NCBI GenBank assembly: GCA_030141605.1
Contig: JAQGDQ010000376.1
Coordinates: forward strand, 124,001-188,000
Source: Tubiluchus corallicola
Taxonomy: Eukaryota; Animalia; Priapulida
Length of the DNA stretch: 64,000 nucleotides
Direction: 5' to 3'
The translations under genes were made by a program, and so were the position numbers. How positions within the stretch are numbered: position 1 is the first letter of the stretch; the number at the start of each line of letters is the position of its first letter. The notes beneath the pieces are model-generated. The model ran no database searches, had not been told where the DNA came from, and saw nothing but the letters and a program-made list of their open reading frames with translations. Positions 52,284-64,000 of this stretch are shown here, piece after piece.

Positions 52284-53640
52284 TTATAACACATAGTCTT
52301 CACTAAAACGCACCTGTTGATTTACTTTCTGCCGTGGTCTAACAGAGTGACCTTGTGGACCGGCAGAAGGACCTGCCCTACTAGCATCATGGCTAGAAAT
52401 CTCTTGTTCAGGTGGTGAAACCACGAGATGCCAACGATTATGACAAATGTCTGAACCTGTAATAGTTTTCTGCCGATCCAATGTGTTGTTCGTCGCTGTT
52501 ATTCTTCATTTTTGTGTTTGATCAGCACTCTATTCTCTTCATCAAAAGTCTCTTTTCTGTTTCTAGCTCGCTGCTGTCGATTGTAAGATACTTGCTGTTT
52601 CTGTTTATGTCTATACAGCTGCTCACAAGCCTTCAGTTTTGGCAGATCAGAAAGCTAGGGCTAATTGTAAGGGCACAATTGGCAGGGTTCTACACAACTG
52701 ACCTCCCATTAATAGCTGAGCAGGAGACTAACCATTCTGCATCTCGAGGAGCAAGCAAGTCCAAGTACGGATGAGTGACATTTCTTTTTCAAGATATCTT
52801 TGAGTGACTGAACACAGCGCTCAGCTTGGCCTTTGCTTTATGCATATTCAGTTCTGCCAGTCGCACATGTAAAGCTTCATTCAGTTGCAAACGCGTAGAA
52901 TTGGTGTGAAACGGTCCATTATCACTTCTAACAATTTCAGGAATACCGTGTCTTGCGAATATGGATTTTAGATCATTAATGACAGCAGAGGCACTTATTA
53001 ATGATAACAATGACATTTCAAAGAATCGATTGCAGTAGTCCACATGCACAAGCTGCGATTTTTTCATAAATTTACAAACATCTGTGCCGAGCACTTGCCA
53101 AGGTCGTTTAGGAAACTGTGTAGGCATAAGTAGCTCTGCTTGATCGCCTCGCTGTTTCACATTTCTTTTACACATTGGTTTATATTTCTTTCTATGTCAG
53201 ATGCCGTATTAGGCCACCATTTAGTGATGCCTAGGTGACCAAAATGAATTTTTTGCAGCATTTTATATTATTATGAATTTTTTGCAGCATTGCCTCATAT
53301 TGGCCAGAATGACCACACAGTCACCTTCTGTAAAAAACCCATCAATTACAGACATCGAAGTTGCTTCTTTATGGAATTTATTAAGATCGGATGGACGTTT
53401 TTCTCTAGGCCAAGTGATTTTAACGTACTCCGTAACTGGGATACTCCATAATATACTCCATAACATAAGACTGGATCATGTTCTTGCTTTGATTTAGTTT
53501 CCTGTAATAAACTTTACGAAGATATTCGTGTTTTTTCCAAGTTTATCCTGCAGATCCACGTCGAGTGCTTTAACTGATGATGTTTTAGACAAAGCATCAG
53601 GTGCAATTAGTTGTATGCCTGGCACATGTGAGTTTGTTTA
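52284..53640 (-). mobile_element. Decayed Ty3/Gypsy LTR retrotransposon pol remnant (RNase H end and integrase)
   Basis: HVPGIQLIAPDALS, integrase zinc-binding HFGHLGITK, core PKRPWQVLGTDVC..VHVDYCNRF..LKSIFARHGIPEIVRSDNGP, C-terminal NRWHL and SVRPR..RFSEDYVL*. Frameshifted; no LTR pair found. Confidence 0.9.
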
Positions 53641-53883
53641 ACTGTTGCTGAAACAAGTGCCGTTACGAGTTATCATTAAGAATGCCTGGGCTAACAGTAT
53701 ACTGTCTGATATACCGCACATCTGGTGTGCTCCAACAGAGCGGCAGATGCTTGAAGAATTGCCTCCATTGACCTTAGGTTCTTGTGAACAAGCCTTTACG
53801 TGCTTAGTCAGACCTGCTCAGCTCTAATAGTGCTTCTTAGAGATTCAAATGCTTCTGTTAATCTTGCCACATGGTCCAACCTG

Positions 53884-54437
53884 GCTATATTTTTTCCTGT
53901 CTCTGTGGATGGTGAGATCTGGTTGCAACTAGTATTGGTATAGATTTGTGACAACCATGACATTCACATTTTCGTATGGCTTTCAAGTTTTTGTCAAACT
54001 CGAAAATTGCGACCATAGTAGACGCTGCCCTAAATCCTTGACTTTCGAGGCCTATAATTATATTATAGATACTGCGATATCTGCGTTTCAAAATGCAGTA
54101 TAGCTTCGGCCATCTTGGAAGCCATCGTGAAATTCTGCATAAGGTGATGTTCATAAGTGTTTTGCGATTTCAGATATGGATTACTTGACCTTGAAAACCT
54201 ATAAATTATTCAGACACCAAAGCCATCCACAGTAACCATATGGCCTTTAATTAGGCCAATATCACTTCAATATGTAGTCATCTAGCCTATCATCTTGAAA
54301 ATAGCGGCCATGTTATACAATTTTTGATTTCCTCATATTCAAAATTAATCACTTTGATGGGTTTTAGCACTGTGCAAAGTTTTATAACTTTTAGACGAAA
54401 TGAGTCAGTTTTTCGCTATTCTGCCAATTAGACTATA
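53884..54437. repeat. Interspersed repeat with (G)CGGCCATCTTG motifs, probable non-autonomous DNA element next to the Gypsy remnant
   Basis: Recurrent cggccatcttgga / gcggccatgtt / tcttgaaaatagcggcc motifs and gaccttgaaaacct, a pattern common in invertebrate repeats. TIR and TSD not established. Confidence 0.35.
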
Positions 54438-57400
54438 GATTAATTCTGGGAATCCAGTGACCAATAATTTTTGTTGTTGCTTATTAATTGAACTGCTTGA
54501 GTCGCTTTGCATCCTTTTTGGAGTCTGTATTAGCAGCCTTTTAGAGTCACCAATGGGCAAAGGTCGAATAGAAATAAAAATAATTTGCTTTTTGCTTTTA
54601 CAATGAATTTTACAAGTGAAACATTTTATTGCATGATTGGCATAATTGCATTTTGCGTGGCAACAATTCTGAAGACAGTGGCCACAAAGTAAAGGAAATA
54701 TTTTTTTATGGATTCCTTACGTCCAATTACTCAGGGATAAATGTCATAATTACTTCTTGATATTAATTTTCTCTGAATTTGTTTTGATTTAGAAAGTTTT
54801 AGAAAAAACCGCCTCCAGGGTTCCATTTATGAAGATAAGACTAGTCTGCCACTTAGTCCTACATAGATTTTAATAATTATGTTTCCGAGCTAATGACTGT
54901 ATGACTGAACTAAGTAACTTGGTATTTTAATGTTAAAAGAGCACTAGTTTCGTCTATTTGGAAATAGATGTCATCACGTCACAATAAACAATTATTGGAA
55001 CACAGATTGCCAGTACACTCTTTACTCCCTGATCATTATTGAACTACATTTTTAACTGTGTCATTTATGTATCTATATTAATATACGTATATATACACAC
55101 ACACACACCAATATGATTCACCTTCTGACCTCATAGTCAGAAAACTGTAGTGTAGGAAAGTGCCTTTGAATCTCATATTATACCACACTTCATAAACAAC
55201 AGCGCAGGATACAAAAAATGTTAATGAGATTTTGTTTGCATGAGCGCGCCCGCGTGTGTGTGCGGTTGTGCGTGTGAGCCAATTTTATGTGTAAGATGAT
55301 TTATTTACATTTTATTTTTAAACCTACCACATGCTCTTAGTATTCTTGCGCTGCAAGTTACAATACGTCTATAATTACCACAAAATACATAATTATTTGC
55401 TCATAAAATGAATAATACAATTTATATTATTATTCTTTTCTTAATTTAATCGAATTTTGAAAAAAAATTGTGTAACTGAGCAATCTTTTTCTTGTGTATA
55501 ATGAAAGAAGCTAGTCCGATATTAATTTTATCTTGTTCTTTTTGCACTATACTATAATTATATGTCCTTGTATAATTACAATGGCATAGCAATTTCATTA
55601 TGGCATGTAACAAAGCTGTCCAGAAAAGTACACCAGAAACAATTATGCCCGCAGAATAATAACACGTACATTAGAAACTATAATAATTTATATATCCACA
55701 ATATAATATTACAAGGTGGTGCTACTGTGACTTGCGGATGCGTTTTGGGGATGGTTATACAAAAAACGGCTTATAGTGCTTTCAATGCATCAGTTTATGC
55801 TTCTGCGGATGTAGTTTTTTTCAGTAGATTTCCTATGGATTTTTTCGCAGTGTGTCCCTCAGGTGGAAAACGCATTCGGAAATTACATAAACGCCACTTA
55901 ACACTAAATCATGTGCAACAAATTATTTACGTTATTAACTGATCACAGTCTGTAAAAGTAAAAGAAATATCCAATAATAATACTTCATATTATTCCCACT
56001 GCAGGTAAATCATAATTATTATTCATTAAATTCCCACGAATTTATGAAATTAAGCAATAGAGGTAAAGATAGTCTCGCAAAAATACAATGCAAAACCATT
56101 GCGTACAGCTCAGTTATACCTAAACAATTTAATTAAATTCATGTTAAAATGCAGCAGGAGCAGCAGTAATTATTAGCACTAATAGCAGCAAGAACAACAG
56201 CGCTGATATTATATTAATGTTGTAAATCTTTCAATAATCTTACTCCTACTCTTTCACTCCATTTGTCCCACTGTCCTTTCTTTTCTTTTTCACTCCCCAT
56301 GGTAATTTTTAATTTTCTTTTCAAGCAACCTTATTATCTAGATGCCAGACAAGAAATCACTGCCAAGGCACAACAATGTGCATTGTACATATACTAACTT
56401 ATCAATAAAAGATGGAAATGGAATGTAGATCTTATTTCTGTCCGACAGATGAATCAGTCTAAAGATTTTAAAAAGAAATCTTCAGAATGACTGAATAGAG
56501 TGAATTAGAATAAAGACCAATAAAAATGTCAAAAAATGAGGTATTTAAAACTTATAGGCCTACATGTTTATACTTATTTATATTCGTATGTATTTGTGCT
56601 CAGTAAAACAAAATACTTATAGGCCTATACATTTATGCTTATTAATAAATTTGTAAACGGATCTGCAACAATAGTTAACAAACATGCTGGATCCACAGCA
56701 CCACAAGCATTTTTGGTCCGCGAATTACCATATCAGCAACCACGTATCTCTGCTAGATAAAGTAATCACAAGTAGATGTAAACATATTTTTTAATATTTT
56801 AATCATTATGATATTTCTTTTTAATATTTTTAAAGCTCTTTTTACTCATTGAGGAGAAATCAAAAGTTAACAAGGTAAGAAAAAGAAGCGAGTAAAGACC
56901 CATTCCCATCAAGAAACCAATGTGAACCATAACCCTGTTCAATATGTTTATTTGTGGACATCAGTGCTGCGAATAACAGCAGTAGATTTTTAAGATATGT
57001 TCTTTCTTATCTCAAAATTAAATGCATTTTATAATGGTTTCATCAGTTTTTATCTATGCTTTTTGGTTTCTTCTACACAGTGAGGCGTAAATACCCTGAC
57101 AGTCCATAGCAACAGTGTGTAAATTCCAGAAGTCCAAATTATAACATCCTTTACTAAAAAATTGTGAGTCTAACAAGGCTCAAGCCAAAGACCCAGGCAA
57201 ACATATAAATACTTTTAGATATACTTTTTCTAATTTCAGAAATTCAGAAGAAATAATGACGATGGCCTATGTTTACTGTTTGCAAACATGTCTATAACTT
57301 TGCCAATAATTTGATGAGCATGAACTTGAAAAGTAAAGTATATAAAGAACATATGGTTTAGTGAACTATGTTTTATAGCAGGCATAATGAGTGACTTTAA

Positions 57401-58065
57401 ATTATTAAAAGTTAAAAACGTTTCACCGTGCAGGAAACACTTTAATTTTAGCCAGTAAAAAGAGGGGTGCAGTATTTAAGAAATTCTTGAATATTGAAAT
57501 CTTAAATTTTTAAATTTTAAAATTGATTTGCCGCCAAAATAACCAGATTTTGCCCTGAAAATGTACCTAGAGATACAAAGGTATACCAGAGGCAGCATTC
57601 CCTCCTCTCCATTTGCTTTTTATCATGCAGTTTCCCCTATTTAGCTTCATGTTTTAACTTTTGACTATTCTTTTTTGCTATTTGTTTTTTTATGTTTTTG
57701 CTATTACTACAGCTATCACTGATTCTTTGCCTATTGCTATTTAACTTGACTTTTTTTGACTTATTAACCTTATTTTTAATTTGTTACTATTGCTTTATTT
57801 GACTACCTTTTATTTTTGCTTCGTGCATACACCTGAATTCCCAAAAATATTCAGATTAAAATCGTGCATAAAAAGAATAAGAAAAATGCTATAATTTTTC
57901 ATAACAACTTTACAAGTGCCATACTATATCAAAGTAATATTTCTGCATATGTTTAGACTTAAATACTGCTAATAACAATAACAATAATTATAGTAAGCAT
58001 AATAGAAATTTATGAATATATCACAGTATATTTAAGTGAAAAAACTGGAATGGAATGCAACGTTA

Positions 58066-61000
58066 TCAACAATAACCTCCTCTAGCCAATCCATGCCAGT
58101 GATCTGGGACACACTGGAAGTACCTATCCATAGCCTCTAAGAATCTACTCCGATATAATTCAGGTGAGACTACTGTTGGCATCTTGCCTTGACCACCGAG
58201 AATTCCTGAAGATTTCACATACATCTCCATTTTTTTGTCCCACGTGAATGTTCTCATGTAGTCAATAATTCCAACCACAAGTTCGGTTTCGTCCATTCCA
58301 ACAAGTAAGGAATAGTCCATAATTCGGTGTTGGGACAACAACTGAGTGTCACTGTATATGGCCCATCCAAGGACTGTCTTTGAATATTGGCGTATGTACA
58401 TAGGGGTGTCACATGATATCTTCAACAGGTTCTCATCAAGCAACACAAGATCGCCTTCAATTTTGCCCGTAGTTGCTGCCAGCCTGTTGCGAATTGATCC
58501 TTTAAGATCAAAAATCTGAGTTATCTTTCTATTGTAAAACAAGTTTTCCATGACTAGTAAGTCTTGTTTTGATTCAGTGCTGTTCTGAATGTTTCTGTAG
58601 CCAATCCTGTAGACACCAAATATTTTAGTGAGTACAGTTGGCTTTCTCTCAGCTAGGGCTTTCTGCATGTAAGCAAAATAAGCAGGAGCAAAGTCCAAAA
58701 ATGACAAAATTTCAAATCTGTTTAGCTGCTTTAGGATAAATCTATCATCATGCGTTTTGCAGAATGTAGACCCAGATCGACCACCTTTAGCCTTCCATTG
58801 TAAACATCTGCATATAAAAAGTTACAGCAATTAGGAAAAATTATAACTCCTGTATACACTCATTATTCATGCTGACCTCTAGCTAAGCCCACAGAAAGCC
58901 GAAATATGCATTTGTTAACTACAAGTCGTGTATTCTGACTGTTCTCATCCCTGAGTAACTTACTCTTTAAACTGTTCTACGAATGTCATATTGACTTACA
59001 CCTTAGAAAGAGAATAAAGATCCTCACAAAAAATAAACTGTCACTGTTGTTTTTCATACACTAAATCAATGTAGACAAGTAAAACTAATTTGTATGATAC
59101 AAACTATTTTTAGTAAGTATTTTTACTTCCTCTACAGACTCACTTATGTGCTCCAGATGCCAAAAACATTTCTTAAAGAAAAAAACTGAGCTTTAGTGAG
59201 GTCTAAATAAATAGACCTCAAATACACACTTTTGAGGACCCAAAAGCAATTTTGTTTCAGTTTGTAAAGTTTCTTCTGACACCCTGAACACAGATCTTCA
59301 AAATGTAGATACAGGACCACATGACATGGTGAATGCATAATTGCAGCTACCAATTAGTAACTGTCGCAATTAAATGGTTTTACCTGTACAAAGATCTCAA
59401 AAACATTCTTGTTCTTGCATCACTTAAATATTCTTACCTGCACAAAGATCTCAAAAAACGTTCTTCTCCCTGAGGAAATGTGAGTTTTCTTATCTTCCTG
59501 AACTGTTCCGCAAAGTAGACACGACAAAAGAAACGTGCAGTGTTGTCCGAAAACTGCAATTCAATATGAAGGTTTATGCCTTGTGATTTGGCATTGTCCG
59601 TAGCTTTGGTGTTGGCAAACTGAAAACCATCAGCTTGATCTTGATCAATAAAACTGTCAGCAGCACCTAAGCATTGCATAAATGTGATTTACAATTTTAC
59701 AGTGAAGTACGTATTAAAACTACTGCAGCTTTGACATAAGTAAACAGATCAGACTGATCACTGATACATACGTCCAATGCCTGTTAAAATCACTTAAAAG
59801 ACTTATTTAGATATCACTGAGGTTTACACTTCTTTTACACAAATTGTTTTCACTAAGGTGTTCGGGATTGGGGTCGCTATGATACAATTACTGAATTTAC
59901 GAAATTTATGAGTTATACTATCTGAAAGGAAATGTGAAGTGGTCAGAACTGAACATGGTTTAAACATACAGATGGGATGAATCATGTCGCCATTATCAAT
60001 ATTAACTGGGTTTGGCTAAAAGTGTGGAATTTCGTTGTTTTTTTATACTGTTTACCGATAATTATATTTATCGTTTGAAGTCGGCAACCCCAGCCTGAAC
60101 TTCGATCCTGATCACTTGATCATGAACCCTGAAAAATTGTCTCCCCAATCTTAATTAATGTCCCGAATCTCGATCATCCTGACCGGAACTATGATCTCAT
60201 CCCGAACCTTGAACATAGCTATGTTTCACAACATAACATTCTCTCAACTTCCATGACCTGAATATAAACGACCAGATTAAATTGAATTGCACCAGTTAAA
60301 TGATAGCAAGGATAAGTTCTTTGTAATGTCTGGCAGCAGTTAGCACTTATTGCTACATACAGGCCACCTACCCAGATTGAACAAACTGGAGTGGGTACTT
60401 CATACTATTATTTCTTGCTGACAAAAGACTGACAGTAAAAATCCTTGCAATTGATTAGATACAGACATATGTGATAGAAAAGGGATAGGCCTTCGTGCCT
60501 TGAGTTTGTTACAACATTACCATAACTTATAATAACTATAATTTTTGATTTTGTAAATATAAGTCCATTAATGCTTGGCCATCATTTACTAAATGTTAGC
60601 AAATATTAACGAAAATTATGTCTTATTTAACTAATGAAAAATCTGTTGTAGTGCAAATGAAAGTGATAGAAAAGAATTTTTGAATGAATTACTACTAACC
60701 AGGAATGTATTGCACAGAGTCTAAATCCAGATGTGAATCGGATCTGTTCTTCTTAGGTCCAGATTTTGGTGACTTTTCCACATCTCTGTTTACAGAACCT
60801 CGGAAAAATGACAACATTGGCGATTTGTTAACAGAGTCGGTATTATCATTTTCGTCTTTGTTTTTCCGCTGTGCCTTTCCACTTGCAGCCTGAGCGAGGC
60901 ATGTTTGCAGCTGCATTAATTGTTTGTTATACTCAGAAGAGGAAAGTGCAAAAGCTATGATAGAACTTGGCTCACTGTCGTATATCACCACAGGGAAAAG

Positions 61001-64000
61001 ACACTGTTCAGATACCAAGTAATGCTCGTCTAAGGGGAATGCAAGAGGAAGAGGACAGTATTCAGGCCCTGTAAGAAGTTGAGCAAAAATTGTCTTGACA
61101 GACACTTTTTGATCAATCTGATCTTTCTCACTGGTTGACATTGTAAACTGTGGTCTTGCATCTAATGCAGATGTGCTGTTATCATCTATGTTTTTACTGT
61201 CATCATCATCTGCCATACTCTGCACCTGTACAACAGAATACATTTGAAGGCTTATAATGAATTCTAATAATATGTATTAGGGTATATAAGGTTGATATAT
61301 CCTGCAGGAATAGTGCAAGTGCATCCTCTAGTTATGAAAAACATTACAAAATGTTCCTTACCTCTTTAGGTGCTCGTTTACATACAGCAAATTCCGAATC
61401 TGGACTAATTTGTTGCCGAAAAATTGCTGACATACCAGCTTCAACACAAACGACTAGATTATCATCACTTGAGGTACCAGTACCTAAAAGACTTATTTTC
61501 TTAGCTACAAGCTTTAGTTCAATTAATTATTATAACCTTAATATCAGGATTATTCTTAATGTTGATACAAACCTACAATTAATTCAATTCTGATACCAAA
61601 CTTTAAAGACAGAAAATATGAAAAAGTTGGAATAAAACCTAGATTTGAAGCAGGGAATTTTGCCCTTAAGGCAGATACGTTAGCCCATTAGGCCACCATA
61701 CTCTCCTGTGATCAAGACAATTCAAAGGTCATCCCTTAAAAAGGGATGGTAAAAGCTGGCAAAAAGAATAGGTTAGATTTTTCACACTAGAGTGATTCTA
61801 ACTAATTAGATTAATTTCTTTATTTTGATTAATTTTGAGTCTCAAAGTTCTGTGGGTAGTTAACTGTTATTATAATGATTATATCAAGATTGTTATTTAT
61901 GATGGTCAATTGTTATATATGACGACCAAACTTAATTTTAAATTATAGGCTTGCACCATCACGTAGTATAATTTTAGACGAATATTTTTGACATTAATTA
62001 AGGTGCTCGTTACCAAAAAAATTATGCAACAGTTACTACAAAAAACCACAAGACAATGACTCACCAGCAGATAATGTAGAACCAGGATCACAACTTGGTG
62101 TAGGGGAACACCTAGAATCTCCAGCAGTAGTATCCATAGTAGCACTAAGCACTTCTAGTTGGTTCAGTGTTGCTTGACAGTCTTCAGACATACAGGGATG
62201 TGATGGAGGTTCTTGAAAGGCACCAGAAGGGTCTTCAGTAGCATCACCATCATGCACAAATGCCGGAGAATCGTCACCACGAACAGTAGCCTGTGACTTT
62301 GTGTTTTTTGACTTTGCCTTCTCTTCCAACCTTTTTGATGTGAGAAAATCTTGAATTCTCTGATTCCAAGAATTCACGGCATTTGCAATATTTATCTTTA
62401 ATAGAGTGATAGTGTCTAACACTTGCCATAACAAAAGTTCAGCTTCTAAAGTTTTACTTTTAACTCCTCCCAGCTGCGGAGCAACTAACTTGACTTGTAT
62501 CATGCCCAACATCTGTTGAAATAATCCTTTCTCTAACTCATGGAGAGATATATACTCCTGCATAGCATCGACATATTTTGTACTATGAACAGCATCTTTT
62601 AATGTGCAAAGTCTATCATAAATTGAACCATAAACTCCATATCCTTTTACTGTCAAATATTTAACATTTTCGATCACATTTGTAAGTTCAACACTCAGTG
62701 AACTGATGTTAATAACCAATGGAGGCAATGACACTTCTCTTAATACAACTGGGGAATACTTAAATGAAGCAACAATGTCACCTTTACCAAAATATTGGTA
62801 AAAATCATGATGTAAAGAATGTGCACAACTGGCTTCTTGTAATGCACGACACAGGTACTGTCCTCCATGAAAGCGCAGTTCCAAATATTTAGCAAATGAC
62901 ATTGCCCATGCTGATGACGATAATGACACAACAGGCGTTACAAGTTTGCACTTTCTGCACCAACTCCAAACTAGTACAGAATCTCCGTGTGCAGCAGGAA
63001 TAGCTTGATCTAATTTTCTCAAGACAATCTGTATACAGCCATTATCATGAACAAATTTACGAATGTGATCTAGCATGGGAGTGTCACACGATTCATTTGG
63101 GCATTGATACGAAGAACGAAAACAGTACCGTTCTAGAAATGATCCAAGAGTTATATCATTTTTACCATAAAAGTCCATGGAAACTAGCCAAGGATTGACA
63201 CAGTAATTTGGAGCAGTGCAGGATACGTATGAAAAGCTACCAAAAAGTACTGTTATACGTTGGAGATTTTGAGGATCAAGACAGTCGTGCTCACCAGATA
63301 AAGTTGTTTCAGTTTGCAGGTTTTCAGAGTTTGATCCAGTCAGAACCTGGCACTTGCAAGGCACCTGATTTTGAATATAACATGCTCTAAAAATTGCAAG
63401 AAGATTTTGCATGTCGTCGTCATTAATGTGGCCTGTAATCTTGTGGTTACCAAACTCGCAGTTTGACTGGTAGGCTTTCAGAGATGTCACTTGCTTTTCA
63501 CAAAAGTCACTGCCAAACTTCTGTTTAGTTGTTGCCTTCGTTTTTTCAAAATGGACAGACATATACAATTTTGGTGGAAAAAACCTTCTTAGCTTACAAT
63601 TCTTGCCCATTTCCGTTTCTAAGTATGGTAAGGAGTATTTTATAACTGGTGAAATTGATAAGACAACATCTTCTAGAGCTTTGCGAAATTGATTCATCTC
63701 ATGTCTAACGGCCTTCATTACTAGAGATTCATCAGAAGACTTAAAAATTGATTCGTCTCGCGACTGTAAGTACTTTCTTAAAGGATCTTCATATTGTTCG
63801 AAACTTTCACCTTCCTCAGTAAAAGTAGGTAATTCCGTCACTAATTCTCCATTAGGTAGAGTGCTAGTTCTTGTACGACAAGACTCACTGCTTCCTGGTT
63901 TATTCAAGAGGCTAAAGTCTAAATGATCGAAAACAGAACCATCTGCCTCAGGATAATGATTGCTTTCACCTGGCTCACTTTCTTCATCACTTGACATGTA
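58066..64000 (-). CDS. PIKFYVE: 1-phosphatidylinositol 3-phosphate 5-kinase PIKfyve/Fab1, 3' portion; gene continues past the window end
   Basis: Exons in phase: beyond 64000-62065, 61483-61362, 61225-60700, 59666-59438, 58807-58066 (TGA). Cys/His-rich CCR domain (DFYGKNDITLGSFLERYCF, WSWCRKC, MSFAKYLEL), EPSSIIAFALSS, and PIPK domain (GGRSGSTFCKTHDDRFILKQ, DLKGS, MDYSLLVG, GIIDYMRTFTWDKK, PTVVSPELYRSRF). Confidence 0.97.

Noticed and set aside
55170-55242. YPALLFMKC as an alternative NDUFAF8 exon 1
   Set aside because: In-frame stop just upstream, no ATG and wrong Cys spacing. Exon 50284-50186 fits exactly.
60085-60220. Degenerate hexamer-like array (cctgaa / cccgaa / cctgat)
   Set aside because: Low-complexity intronic repeat remnant with no definable unit or boundaries.
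1-64000. CRISPR arrays, operons or prokaryotic defence systems
   Set aside because: The sequence is eukaryotic with spliceosomal introns, and no regularly spaced repeat-spacer array was seen.

Overview
AT-rich genomic DNA from an invertebrate animal, with GT-AG spliced genes; the species cannot be determined from the sequence. Most short ORFs in the supplied track are noise, so gene models were rebuilt by hand from splice sites and exon phase. Five protein-coding genes are present: (1) a 5'-truncated NWD1/NWD2/QUI-1-like DUF4062-NACHT-WD40 gene (+, 12 visible exons, 1182-22737) whose Walker A motif lacks the catalytic lysine; (2) a 3-exon MIF/D-dopachrome tautomerase family gene (+, 29501-33522) with an hAT-type MITE in each coding intron; (3) an intronless F-BAR/C1/RhoGAP of the ARHGAP29/ARHGAP45/GMIP family (-, 37054-39546); (4) a 70-aa twin-CX9C NDUFAF8-like gene absent from the ORF track (-, 50284-39591); (5) the 3' half of PIKfyve/Fab1 (-, 58066 to beyond 64000). 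There are also two decayed non-LTR retrotransposons, a Gypsy pol remnant, SINE-like fragments, a 293-bp tandem duplication and a 121-bp hairpin. The most notable observation is that the best last exon of the NDUFAF8-like gene also contains the whole RhoGAP ORF, which starts 44 nt after the NDUFAF8 stop codon. This predicts a bicistronic NDUFAF8-RhoGAP mRNA; it is an inference that needs transcript evidence.
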